The notes under the pieces: generated by a model
Told to the model about the DNA's origin: nothing
The model's database searches: none
Seen by the model: only the letters and a program-made list of their open reading frames with translations
Shown: piece by piece, positions 1 through 8,204 of the stretch
Layout: every line of letters begins with the position of its first letter
How positions within the stretch are numbered: the stretch's first letter is position 1
DNA from: a virus
IMG/VR virus record: IMGVR_UViG_3300027619_000002
Location: 1 to 36,282 of that record
Length of the DNA stretch: 36,282 nt
Strand: one strand, 5' to 3'
Made by a program: the position numbers and the translations under genes

Positions 1-99
1 GGATAATCAATCTGTGCCCGAAACGGGGGTGTCAAACCACTGAAAGGTTGAACAGGTGCGACATTTACAGTCTGAAACCAAGTGGATTTTGAATAGGCT
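1..99. repeat. Terminal direct repeat, copy 1 of 2 (overlap of a circular assembly)
   Basis: Bases 1..99 (ggataatcaatctgtgcccg...ttttgaataggct) are base-for-base identical to 36184..36282, compared by eye over the full length. Confidence 0.95.
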
Positions 100-263
100 T
101 CGTCTGCTGCTGCAACAACCACGAGTCGGTGAAACTCTGACACACCCTCATTTATTCTAGAGTTAATATCAGCTAAAGATGGTGTAGTGGCCGAAGTTGG
201 TGGCGGAAGATCCGCTTCAAACACCACTTTTGAACGCATCTGGGCAAGTGATCGAAGTTGCAT
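1..263 (-). CDS. N-terminal part of a junction-spanning virion gene (258 aa once circularised); positional candidate head-tail adaptor
   Basis: Manual minus-strand translation. ATG at 263..261 follows an in-frame TAA at 266..264. It reads MQLRSLAQMRSKVVFEADLPPPTSATTPSLADINSRINEGVSEFHRLVVVAAADEAYSKSTWFQTVNVAPVQPFSG and continues without a stop through base 1 (=36183) into the listed ORF 35670..36218. The TTG start of that listed ORF is therefore an artefact. The adaptor call is by position only. Confidence 0.7.
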   Translation of the reverse strand, partial: MQLRSLAQMRSKVVFEADLPPPTSATTPSLADINSRINEGVSEFHRLVVVAAADEAYSKSTWFQTVNVAPVQPFSGLTPPFRAQIDY

Positions 264-416
264 TTATTTCTTGATCCTATGTCCAGCAGCTTTTGCTTTA
301 CTTATGTTGATGGCTCGTTCTTGTGCTTCGGCATCAGCACGTGAGGTATGGGTTCCCAGTCGTTTTGAACCATCCTGTGTCATCAGAATGAACTTGGAAC
401 CCCTTTTGATAATCAC
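264..416 (-). CDS. Small basic hypothetical protein (50 aa), below the ORF-track size cutoff
   Basis: GTG at 416..414 is preceded by AAGAGG (427..422) with a 5-nt spacer. It reads (M)IIKRGSKFILMTQDGSKRLGTHTSRADAEAQERAINISKAKAAGHRIKK. The TAA at 266..264 abuts the next ATG at 263. This fills an otherwise empty 165-bp gap in a tightly packed operon. Confidence 0.4.
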   Translation of the reverse strand: MIIKRGSKFILMTQDGSKRLGTHTSRADAEAQERAINISKAKAAGHRIKK

Positions 417-428
417 GAGAGCCTCTTT

Positions 429-794
429 TCACAGCCACATAATCTCTAACACTTCGTTTGAAGTGAGTGTGAGACCAAGAGCTGTATCCGTGCTCTGAAT
501 TGGAATTAGAAATGGCTGAGCAGTGAATGACTTTCCAGTATCACCAGTGATACCTTTCAGCGTCTTAATATTAGTTGATGATGTAGGTGACAAAACCAGA
601 GCAAAGTTTGGTTTTCCACCATCAGACGCCGTCGCAAGTGAAACTGAATTGAATCCAGCAGAGAGAGAATAGGACATTCTCACTCCGGGTGAATCTTGAA
701 GTGAAATTGGGTTATATGTTGAGAGACGGAATGAGTCATTCGTCCCATCCCCTTGGACATTTATGACTAAATCAATGGTGCAGATTTTACTCAT
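429..794 (-). CDS. Hypothetical virion-module protein (121 aa, beta-rich)
   Basis: ATG-initiated ORF in the run of genes after the capsid gene. Ser/Thr/Gly-rich composition. No motif recognised. Confidence 0.6.
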   Translation of the reverse strand: MSKICTIDLVINVQGDGTNDSFRLSTYNPISLQDSPGVRMSYSLSAGFNSVSLATASDGGKPNFALVLSPTSSTNIKTLKGITGDTGKSFTAQPFLIPIQSTDTALGLTLTSNEVLEIMWL

Positions 795-803
795 GGGGCA
801 AAC

Positions 804-1013
804 TCAGCCCCCATGGTAAATGTCCAAGAAGGCGGCTAGTGCTTTTGCCATCCCAGCATGATCACCATCTGCACAGGCTTTCTCAAAGTCCGACATTGCA
901 GACTCTTCGCCCGGAGAGACCTCGTCTGACGAATCCTGATCTTCATCAGAATCATCATCACCTTTTGGCTTCATTCCCGCTAAAACGAGGAGCCCTTTGC
1001 CAGTATCAGCCAT
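804..1013 (-). CDS. Small highly acidic protein (69 aa)
   Basis: ATG ORF containing the tract GDDDSDEDQDSSDEVSPGEES. Located in the head module. Function unknown. Confidence 0.55.
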   Translation of the reverse strand: MADTGKGLLVLAGMKPKGDDDSDEDQDSSDEVSPGEESAMSDFEKACADGDHAGMAKALAAFLDIYHGG

Positions 1014-1024
1014 CGGGAACTCCT

Positions 1025-1438
1025 TTAGGGAACGAGTGTGGTATTGAACGAGAATACAAGCTCAATGAAGACCATTGTATTGGCATCATTGGCAATTGTA
1101 GCTCGTGAACCTGATGCGTTAACACCAGCGATTGCAACTACTGCCCCACCAGTTGTGGGGGTGAGGTTCGTCTGTGCATTATCAACCTCAAAAGTAAAGC
1201 CTTCCGCTGGCCCTCCTGAGTTTGACTGTTTACCGAACGTCATGAACAGCAACGACCCGTTGAAAGTCGAGGCAAAGTTCACAAGATAAACCCCAGTCCC
1301 TGTTCCGGAATAGGTCACGCTGGTGATGTAGTTGCCGTTGACTAATTTAGGCGTTGAGGTCCCATTTGGTTGGAATCGGAGCATATAACGCCCCGATCCA
1401 TAACCATTAGTCCCTGCTTCTTCGTGGAGAATATCCAT
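1025..1438 (-). CDS. Hypothetical virion-module protein (137 aa); possible head decoration or accessory protein
   Basis: ATG ORF two genes downstream of the capsid gene. Gly/Thr/Asn-rich, beta-type composition. The product call is by position only. Confidence 0.55.
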   Translation of the reverse strand: MDILHEEAGTNGYGSGRYMLRFQPNGTSTPKLVNGNYITSVTYSGTGTGVYLVNFASTFNGSLLFMTFGKQSNSGGPAEGFTFEVDNAQTNLTPTTGGAVVAIAGVNASGSRATIANDANTMVFIELVFSFNTTLVP

Positions 1439-1470
1439 CTTTTGATCCTTCTTAGGTTAAAGTGTCCGGA

Positions 1471-1998
1471 TCAAACGTCTTCAATTACAACGTCAACGTC
1501 AACTGCGAGGTTGTTGGCCACGCCGTTTCCAGTGACAGTGCAGTTAGCTGTCAGAACGTCACCCTGTGCTAGCTGATAGTTGGCTGCGTTTGCGACAAGA
1601 GCAAATGGAACCGGGGTCCATTGTGAAACTGCAACGTTAGCTAGGTTGGCTGATGCCACTAGAACGTGGGTTGCATAGTTAGATGCAGCGGTTACCTTGT
1701 AGATCTTGACTAAGGTGTAGTCAGTTGTGTTTGCAACTGCCGCCCCGTTAGAAGCCACCAGGTTAGCTGAAATGAAAGTTGATGTAAACTCAACTACCCG
1801 TGCTTCGCCAACAGATGCCTCGGTTGTAGTCGCTGAGATATTGGCCATTTTGAAATAGCCCTCTCGACGACACGACTGGGAAATAGCGTTAGCTGCCCCC
1901 GTAACCGTAGTTGTTGAACCCGTACCAGTTGTTGAGAACTGGGCGTTTGATGTTAGTTCCGAAGTCTTTAGAGACTTATAGATGCTGAAATCACTCAT
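1471..1998 (-). CDS. Hypothetical virion-module protein (175 aa); possible head decoration protein
   Basis: ATG ORF immediately downstream of the capsid gene. Ala/Thr/Val/Asn-rich, beta-type composition. The product call is by position only. Confidence 0.55.
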   Translation of the reverse strand: MSDFSIYKSLKTSELTSNAQFSTTGTGSTTTVTGAANAISQSCRREGYFKMANISATTTEASVGEARVVEFTSTFISANLVASNGAAVANTTDYTLVKIYKVTAASNYATHVLVASANLANVAVSQWTPVPFALVANAANYQLAQGDVLTANCTVTGNGVANNLAVDVDVVIEDV

Positions 1999-2025
1999 TT
2001 TACTTGTCCTTGTTACCTTTTACTC

Positions 2026-3318
2026 TTAGGAGTTCAGAGTGACGACAACGTTACGACCTGGTGCTTCGGTGTAAAGCTGTAGGTCCCCGACGATTCGGCC
2101 TTCGAATGCATCCGCATCCACTTCGCGAAGGATTTCATTACCATCCTCTGAATCGAAGTAGGGAGCATCACCCATGGTCCCGAAGGTCCATGTATCCATA
2201 TCCAATAGCATTGGATAGCCGTCTGGGGTGTTAATATCAAAGAAAGCCTTGATAGGTCCCATGCTGCCCATAAACTCAATGCCGTTGAATGTGACGCCGC
2301 TTGCATATTTGTTGATTGGCGCAGCGGGTTCTTTCACATTTCGAAGTGAACCGGATGACTCTAGCTCATATTGAAGGTTGAGGTAGTCGTTTGGTGATAG
2401 GAAGTAGTGAGTTCCATGACCATCAGCTTCTGCAATAACCTTCGCGGCCTTCATTGCAGCAGCCTTGGGTGAAATACCCTTTCCTGAAACGCGCCACCCA
2501 GATAGCCACTGCACATCTTGTGTTCGATCAAGACCGAACCAAGGCGTTGAAGTGGGCGCTGAGGTTGGGATCCAGCCTTGGAGACCAGAAACCACTTGGT
2601 TGTAATCGCCGTCAAAGTAGAGATAATCGGTCGAACCAAATGTTGGGCAAGATGTTGCTACTGGAACGTTGAAAGTGAGGATTGCATTATCACGGTCGAG
2701 GCTCGTGACGAGCAGTGGAACAACCTGGGTCCGTTGTGAAGATGCCCCAGTGTTGTCTGCTGAGAACCCGACGTTTAGGTTCTTCTGGAACTTCTTCATA
2801 TCAGCTACGTTGGTTAGCTGAATCTGACTCGTGGTCAGAACTTGTGTTGAGCCAGAGGGAACTGAGAGTGTGGCGGTCCCACCAGGAGCAGTAAGGATCT
2901 GGCCAACTGAACCAACCCCAGAGCCCCAGAGATAGATCCCCTGGCGACGCTTCCAGACGTTGAGCGCCATTTTGACTTGGCGTTCGAGAGCCGGCAGAAT
3001 TGCGGCTTTCTTATTCTGGGCCCGGCGGAGAAGCTGGCGTTGAATTGAGAACAGAGAGTAGTAGATTACGGGTGTAATGTCAAACTTAGACTCAACCGAA
3101 GGCGACTTGTTTCGCTTGGCGTTTGAGAACTGAGCTGACGCACCACCAGTGTAACCATAGCCAACTGCAATATGGCGGATTATTTCGTGGAATGTGGTAT
3201 CCTTAGCCACTTGGCCGTAAAACGATTGGTTGATGGTGTACAATTCATCATAAATGTCAGTCTGCGGCCAGATTTCCCGGAGTAACGCAGAGTAAGAGGT
3301 GGATGATGCAGCAGTCAT
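2026..3318 (-). CDS. Major capsid protein (430 aa)
   Basis: Gene order is TerL, portal, scaffold, then this ORF. The size is typical of HK97-fold or P22-type coat proteins. No sequence search was possible. Confidence 0.7.
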   Translation of the reverse strand: MTAASSTSYSALLREIWPQTDIYDELYTINQSFYGQVAKDTTFHEIIRHIAVGYGYTGGASAQFSNAKRNKSPSVESKFDITPVIYYSLFSIQRQLLRRAQNKKAAILPALERQVKMALNVWKRRQGIYLWGSGVGSVGQILTAPGGTATLSVPSGSTQVLTTSQIQLTNVADMKKFQKNLNVGFSADNTGASSQRTQVVPLLVTSLDRDNAILTFNVPVATSCPTFGSTDYLYFDGDYNQVVSGLQGWIPTSAPTSTPWFGLDRTQDVQWLSGWRVSGKGISPKAAAMKAAKVIAEADGHGTHYFLSPNDYLNLQYELESSGSLRNVKEPAAPINKYASGVTFNGIEFMGSMGPIKAFFDINTPDGYPMLLDMDTWTFGTMGDAPYFDSEDGNEILREVDADAFEGRIVGDLQLYTEAPGRNVVVTLNS

Positions 3319-3472
3319 TGTGATGTACTCAAAAGATCAGAAACTCCAACCCGCATGGATTCTGGCGCGAGCGAATTAACTTGATCCGAGTTGATGCTTT
3401 TTAGTGTGACGGCATCAGTCACATGACCTAAGATCTGATAAGGTCTAACCTTATTCAATTCAATAAAGAGCT

Positions 3473-3493
3473 AAGTGTAAAATTAATCAAATG
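3473..3493 (+). repeat. 21-bp direct repeat AAGTGTAAAATTAATCAAATG, copy 1 (contains the HNH start codon)
   Basis: Identical 21-mer at 3473..3493 and 3885..3905, read directly. Both copies end in an ATG that starts an ORF. Confidence 0.9.
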
Positions 3494-3892
3494 CCAACTA
3501 ACGCGGCAACTAGACGTTATCAACTTACCATTGCTTCCAAAATGAATCAATACAACGCTAAATCATATGCTAAAAACACTGCAAAACGTCGGGCTAAAGG
3601 ATATGCTTGGGAGATCAATAATCCTATGAATCGTAGGGCTATAACTCTTAGAAGACATGGTCTCACTATTGAAGAATATGATATTATGTTAGCAGATCAG
3701 AATGGACTTTGCAATATTTGTCTGGACCCACCCAAAGATGGGAAGAGACTTAACGTAGATCATGACCATGCAACTAATAAAATCAGGGCTCTGCTTTGTG
3801 ATAGATGTAATCGTGCACTTGGTATGTTCAAAGACGACGCCATGTTAATTCTGAAAGCAGTCGCTTATTTGATTAAGCATTCGAAAGTGTAA
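3491..3892 (+). CDS. HNH nuclease of the endonuclease VII type (133 aa), free-standing homing-endonuclease-like
   Basis: Motif CNICLDPPKDGKRLNVDHDHATNKIRALLCDRCNRALGMF matches the CxxC...DHDH...LC..CN..LG signature of the phage endonuclease VII / HNH family. Confidence 0.85.
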   Translation: MPTNAATRRYQLTIASKMNQYNAKSYAKNTAKRRAKGYAWEINNPMNRRAITLRRHGLTIEEYDIMLADQNGLCNICLDPPKDGKRLNVDHDHATNKIRALLCDRCNRALGMFKDDAMLILKAVAYLIKHSKV

Positions 3893-3905
3893 AATTAATC
3901 AAATG
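3885..3905 (+). repeat. 21-bp direct repeat AAGTGTAAAATTAATCAAATG, copy 2 (contains the HNH stop and the next start codon)
   Basis: Identical to 3473..3493. It spans K-V-stop of the HNH ORF and the ATG at 3903. Confidence 0.9.
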
Positions 3906-4166
3906 TGGCCTTGGACAAGTCTAGGTGACGAAAAACAAGAACTATTAGAAAAATATTGGGTTGAAATGGCCAAAACACAATCTGGCTCATATAATGAAAT
4001 TGAAGTGAAGGAAGCGCAGAAGCTAATAGAACAGATTTTAGTTGAAATGGACGATAATTATGCCAAAACAATGGGCGTTGAATGCCCTCATGGACGTAGT
4101 CAGAGGAATTGTCAAGATCCAGATTGTGCGAATCTATATGTTGTTAGTCAAGTACTCGAAAGTTGA
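3903..4166 (+). CDS. Small Cys/His protein, member of the C-terminal VL-tail family (87 aa)
   Basis: Ends ...ECPHGRSQRNCQDPDCANLYVVSQVLES-stop. The ATG lies inside repeat copy 2. Confidence 0.6.
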   Translation: MWPWTSLGDEKQELLEKYWVEMAKTQSGSYNEIEVKEAQKLIEQILVEMDDNYAKTMGVECPHGRSQRNCQDPDCANLYVVSQVLES

Positions 4167-4192
4167 GATTCGTAAGAAATGATGGATCCCGA

Positions 4193-4516
4193 ATGGCTAT
4201 AATCATCTACGTTCACACTCATAAGGCCACGGGGAAGCGTTATGTGGGCCAGACTTCGCAAACGATGCAAAAGCGCTGGCAACAGCACATTCGTCAGGCT
4301 CTGCGATTCACACTTAAGTGGCGGTCGCGCTTTCACTTTGCGCTCAAAGACTATGGCATTGATGGATGGACCAATGAAGTCATTGCAACATGTGACAGCC
4401 CTCGTGAAGCCGACCGCTTAGAGCGAGAATGGATTAATACATTCAAATCAGATGATCCTCGTTATGGATTCAATACTCAGCCCGGGAATGCGAAGAACCG
4501 CATTCTTGATCCGTAA
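4193..4516 (+). CDS. GIY-YIG nuclease (107 aa from ATG 4193; an in-frame TTG at 4163 is the ORF-track start)
   Basis: IIIYVHTHKATGKRYVGQTSQTMQKRWQQH followed by READRLEREWI fits the GIY...YVGqT...R..qH...E core of the GIY-YIG family. Confidence 0.8.
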   Translation: MAIIIYVHTHKATGKRYVGQTSQTMQKRWQQHIRQALRFTLKWRSRFHFALKDYGIDGWTNEVIATCDSPREADRLEREWINTFKSDDPRYGFNTQPGNAKNRILDP

Positions 4517-4559
4517 ATATTAAAGTTATTAACGTATCAGGAATTAAGGAGATACGAAA

Positions 4560-5024
4560 ATGAGCCAGAAATCTGACGAAAAGAAGCGACGCAAGGCCGA
4601 GAAGCAAGCACAAGTTAGAACTAATGATGCTTACACGGCTTGGATATATGACGAAAATGCGTTCATGGAACTTCTGTTCGGGTCAGAAGATTATGAGTTC
4701 GACTATTCGAAAACTCATCACATGTTTCAGGAATATTTGCGTAATAAGGGATTCGGAAAGCTTCTTTTTCTAGTTATCTCCAAAGGCACGCCCACCGAAA
4801 AACCCCCGATGAACGAACGGGATGCGTTGCAATATATTTTTGCGAACGCCGCCGACAAAGGCGGGAACGTCGTCTTCGCTTGGTCCATCACCAATCAAGT
4901 CCTCGTAACAGAAAATATGTCTTTCAGTCCTGACTACAGGACGACCGTTGATACCATCCCTGGAGATGATCAGAATGTCATCATCAATTCTAAAAGGATC
5001 GCTCATCCGAATCCTTTACACTAA
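4560..5024 (+). CDS. Hypothetical protein (154 aa), last gene of the rightward island
   Basis: ATG preceded by AAGGAG 8 nt upstream. Basic N-terminus (KKRRKAEKQ). No motif recognised. Confidence 0.6.
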   Translation: MSQKSDEKKRRKAEKQAQVRTNDAYTAWIYDENAFMELLFGSEDYEFDYSKTHHMFQEYLRNKGFGKLLFLVISKGTPTEKPPMNERDALQYIFANAADKGGNVVFAWSITNQVLVTENMSFSPDYRTTVDTIPGDDQNVIINSKRIAHPNPLH

Positions 5025-5040
5025 CTAGGTTTAGTGTAAC

Positions 5041-5074
5041 GAAAAAATGCTGCCTCTTTAGGCACCCGGGCAGC
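5041..5074 (-). terminator. Candidate rho-independent terminator after the scaffold gene
   Basis: Minus strand reads GCTGCCcgggTGCCTaaagAGGCAGC followed by ATTTTTTC. The inner stem is TGCCT/AGGCA with a 4-nt loop, nested in GCTGCC/GGCAGC, then a T6 run. It lies 47 nt after the scaffold stop. Confidence 0.45.
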
Positions 5075-5120
5075 TCAGGAGGAGATACGGTAACATGGCT
5101 AAAACCGCAGCCTAAAGTCT

Positions 5121-6167
5121 TTAGCTAGCTTTCCTAGCAGCCTCCATTGTCAAAGCCACTCGTTCTTTGTGAGTTAGTGGCTTTGCGGCGGCCCCATTAG
5201 TCTTTGCTGGTACTACTACCTTCTTTGGATCAACTTTGGCCACAACCTTGGTTTTATCCTCAGTTGTAGTTGCAGCCGCTTTCTTTGCAGGTAGTCCACG
5301 TGCGACTAGACGTTTGTAACGCTCATCTTCCTGAGCCCATTCATCTACGGCATCTGCTACAGCTTCCAAATCAAAATCACCATTTGGCTTTCGTGGCGTC
5401 TTACCTAAAGCATTTAATTTGTTACAAATGTCATCAGCAACTTTCCGTGCTTCGGCCCTCGAATAAATTAGACTCGAAGCCTCATATTTTTCATCTTGCA
5501 TCAGTTTATCAAAATTGATGTATATGGCTTCTGTTGCCTGTGTGGCCTCTCGCGCTTCACGATCCTTTTTTACAGCCGCCGCTACATCAGCTTCCGTAAG
5601 TGGTTTGGCATCTGTCGTAGTCCCAGTCTGTTGACGTTGCCATTGATTCTTCGCGTATTTCTTGAAATCTTCTTCCGTCTTTAGACCTAGATGATCGAAT
5701 CCATACTCGAAAAACTTAGTTGGATCATTGAAAAGGGCTTCTAGTTCTTTGACTCTTGCCTCAGCCTTTGACTGACGATCCTTCGCTTCATTGAGCATCG
5801 TCTCTGCTGCTTGTTTTTCAGTTGCGACTTTTGACTCTAACTGGCGTAGTTCAGTCTTTTGACGAGCTAAAGCTGCAAATGCCTTGGCATCAGCCTTTTC
5901 AGTCTCAGATTTCGGTTTCTCAGCGGATACCTTTTCTGGCGTTTTGGCTGGGGTTTCCTGTGTTTCAGAAGTATCCGCGGCTACCTCAGCCTCTAAGGCC
6001 GCCTTTGCCTCGGCTTCGCCTTCGGCCATAAGTCGAGAATGGAGATCCGCTTTTCTAGCTTGATGCGAAATAAACTTACCCGATTCATCCCGAGCAACTG
6101 CTGTTTCTGTTACTGGGGTCTCCGCGGTTTCGACCGCTACTTCTGGAACTATTACTTCGTTTGCCAT
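5121..6167 (-). CDS. Scaffolding protein (348 aa)
   Basis: Lies between the portal and capsid genes. Strongly Ala/Glu/Lys-rich with coiled-coil character (AEGEAEAKAALEAEVAAD, KTELRQLESKVATEKQAAE), typical of phage scaffolds. Confidence 0.65.
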   Translation of the reverse strand: MANEVIVPEVAVETAETPVTETAVARDESGKFISHQARKADLHSRLMAEGEAEAKAALEAEVAADTSETQETPAKTPEKVSAEKPKSETEKADAKAFAALARQKTELRQLESKVATEKQAAETMLNEAKDRQSKAEARVKELEALFNDPTKFFEYGFDHLGLKTEEDFKKYAKNQWQRQQTGTTTDAKPLTEADVAAAVKKDREAREATQATEAIYINFDKLMQDEKYEASSLIYSRAEARKVADDICNKLNALGKTPRKPNGDFDLEAVADAVDEWAQEDERYKRLVARGLPAKKAAATTTEDKTKVVAKVDPKKVVVPAKTNGAAAKPLTHKERVALTMEAARKAS

Positions 6168-6176
6168 TTGATTACT

Positions 6177-8204
6177 TTACGAGACCCCAGGTGTTGGGGC
6201 CGCTCCTTGTGGTTGAACATTAGCTGGTGCTGGATTCAATGCTCCGCCAGGCCCAGCTTGTGGTGATGGATTTACGCCTGATTGAGTTGGTGCTGCCATG
6301 GTCTTTGAAAGTTCGAACTTAGCGTCTTCAATATAACGACGTAAAAGACCTAGGATCGAATCTGGTACCCCAGTCATGAGACCCATGCATATTTGTTGTT
6401 GTGCTCGACGCATTGCATAAACAAGGTCTTGGTAAGCCTCGGGGCGTCTGTAGGATCCCTTTTTATTAACTTCATTTTCATCAAGATCCAGCATATGCTC
6501 AATTTGTTCATCTGCGAGCATAGTCATTGCTGATTCGAGGTCAACCTCGGCATCAATGTCCGGGGCATCTAAAAGCCGCAGATACATTGTGCGATCAATT
6601 AATCCACCATTGTAAAGATCACTGACAGACTGTCGTCTAGCAGCCGGAGTCCGACCTAACAACGCCGTTGGCCAGATCTGGATCTGAATTGCATCAGCGT
6701 CCATGTCAACATCTTCCCATTTAACTTCGAGAAGTTGACGTTTTTGGGATACGAATACAGCTAAATCAGGGTTTTCCTCATGCATTTCTTTGAACTCTTC
6801 GATGAAGCGTTCGGCGATCTGAACATGGAGGTCTTCATAAGCCTGTTCGAAAACAGCAAAATTATCATTTTCCAAATCGGCTAGAGTATTCAAGGCCACA
6901 GCAGCCGTGATACCAGATGGTTTTTCGGCATTGGCGCTCATCTGAGAGACGCCAATCCATTTCATCGAATCATTAGCGCATTGCTGTTGATAGCTATAAG
7001 TTTGAGCGTTAGCCGGCTCTGGTGATTGATATGTGGGTTCAAATCCCGGCTTATATTTGAGCAAATACCCCACTTCATTTACGAAGTGAGAATCAATCAT
7101 ATCACCACCGTCAGGAACTTTCCAAATACCTGTTCCAACCATTCGATGGGCCATTCTCAGAGTTTCAGTTACATAATTGCATTCCTCCTGAAATCCAGAC
7201 ATTTCTGCTGCCAAACCATCAGGCCAATAGCCAATCATGGGTTTGGTATATCCAAGCATAACTAGAGGGAAATGGTCTTTGTTATATTCGCCTTGATCTA
7301 AGAGACCACCATCTACCCCAACATAGAACTTCCCAGGTTTACCCCCACAAGGAAGACGCCAACAACGTGTAACTAACACACGATCCACGCCCTGTTCATA
7401 ATCGGGCATATCATCAATTAATCCAGATGTGCTACCAGAATGTTCTATTATAGTTGGTCGGTCTTCTCCCAATTCATTTGCACCAGGATAGTGACTTTCA
7501 AGATCAACTCTGTCTTCCCACCTCACCATCCACAATTGAGTTGGGTCACCATTATGAGCGTCCCCAATATCAACAAAAACTTCCCAAGCTAAAACTCGTT
7601 CACATCGTGGAAGTTTGTCACCAGGATAATGATGGATCCATTGGAGACCAGGACCAAGTGCTAAACAATCCCGTGCTTGCCAGGGGGTTTTAGCAAATAC
7701 ATCACAAGCGTTGAAAGCACCTTCAAGGAAATAACTTAGTGAACGGGCTCTCTTTGTTAATTTATAGTTTCCACGTGACGTGAGAACCATTGGTAATGGT
7801 TTATGTCGTCCAACTTTAGCTGTAACAGTGTTGACGCCTCGTCTTACTAAGTTATATGGGAGACTGGGAGCAACGAATCCAATAGACGCAGCTTCATAAT
7901 TTGTTAGACCCAGGCCTGTAAACTCATTAACACCATATAATTGTAGATAATATCTATACATCTCTCGTCGTGCACGTTGACGGTTTCGCAAGCGCGAAAC
8001 ACGTGACATGACTAAATTGTGAATGTCATCTGCCGAAGCTAAATACCAACGGAGATCTTGACCTAGTGGGTGAAAATCCGGTCCTGTGTTAAACTTCCCA
8101 GTGTCCGGTTTTTCGGTCTCCGGGTTATCTTTCTTTATCTTGTTCTTGCGTTTGGCGCGCATTTCCTGCGCTTTTGCCATCGCCTGGCTATCTTTTGAAC
8201 TCAT
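6177..8204 (-). CDS. Portal protein (675 aa)
   Basis: Large ORF between the TerL and scaffold genes with a typical portal size. It has a Pro/Gly/Ala-rich C-terminal tail. Called on synteny. Confidence 0.75.
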   Translation of the reverse strand: MSSKDSQAMAKAQEMRAKRKNKIKKDNPETEKPDTGKFNTGPDFHPLGQDLRWYLASADDIHNLVMSRVSRLRNRQRARREMYRYYLQLYGVNEFTGLGLTNYEAASIGFVAPSLPYNLVRRGVNTVTAKVGRHKPLPMVLTSRGNYKLTKRARSLSYFLEGAFNACDVFAKTPWQARDCLALGPGLQWIHHYPGDKLPRCERVLAWEVFVDIGDAHNGDPTQLWMVRWEDRVDLESHYPGANELGEDRPTIIEHSGSTSGLIDDMPDYEQGVDRVLVTRCWRLPCGGKPGKFYVGVDGGLLDQGEYNKDHFPLVMLGYTKPMIGYWPDGLAAEMSGFQEECNYVTETLRMAHRMVGTGIWKVPDGGDMIDSHFVNEVGYLLKYKPGFEPTYQSPEPANAQTYSYQQQCANDSMKWIGVSQMSANAEKPSGITAAVALNTLADLENDNFAVFEQAYEDLHVQIAERFIEEFKEMHEENPDLAVFVSQKRQLLEVKWEDVDMDADAIQIQIWPTALLGRTPAARRQSVSDLYNGGLIDRTMYLRLLDAPDIDAEVDLESAMTMLADEQIEHMLDLDENEVNKKGSYRRPEAYQDLVYAMRRAQQQICMGLMTGVPDSILGLLRRYIEDAKFELSKTMAAPTQSGVNPSPQAGPGGALNPAPANVQPQGAAPTPGVS

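Noticed and set aside
1-99. Terminal repeats as physical phage DTRs or as LTR/IS ends of a mobile element
   Set aside because: A single open reading frame crosses the repeat seamlessly when circularised, and there is no transposase or integrase. A fixed-length overlap from assembly of a circular template is the simpler explanation. It is not excluded without read data.
264-431. Programmed read-through of the TGA stop of ORF 429..794; the same frame stays open for 54 more codons until just before the next gene
   Set aside because: An in-frame continuation has a 1-in-3 chance. A GTG with a good AAGAGG Shine-Dalgarno sequence (5-nt spacer) inside the extension explains the open frame more simply as a separate 50-aa gene. 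Read-through remains testable by virion mass spectrometry.
187-498. Plus-strand ORF (103 aa) from the ORF track
   Set aside because: It lies antisense to the junction-spanning gene start, the 50-aa ORF and the end of 429..794, all in a uniformly minus-strand operon. It starts at a non-ATG codon (GTG at 187), and its sequence has no motif.
3319-3490. tRNA or small RNA genes in the larger intergenic gaps (3319..3490, 5025..5120, 16596..16842, 17005..17104)
   Set aside because: No cloverleaf-compatible arms or T-loop (GTTCRANYC-like) sequences were seen by eye. The gaps are better explained as promoter, terminator or operator regions. A tRNAscan or Infernal run would be decisive.
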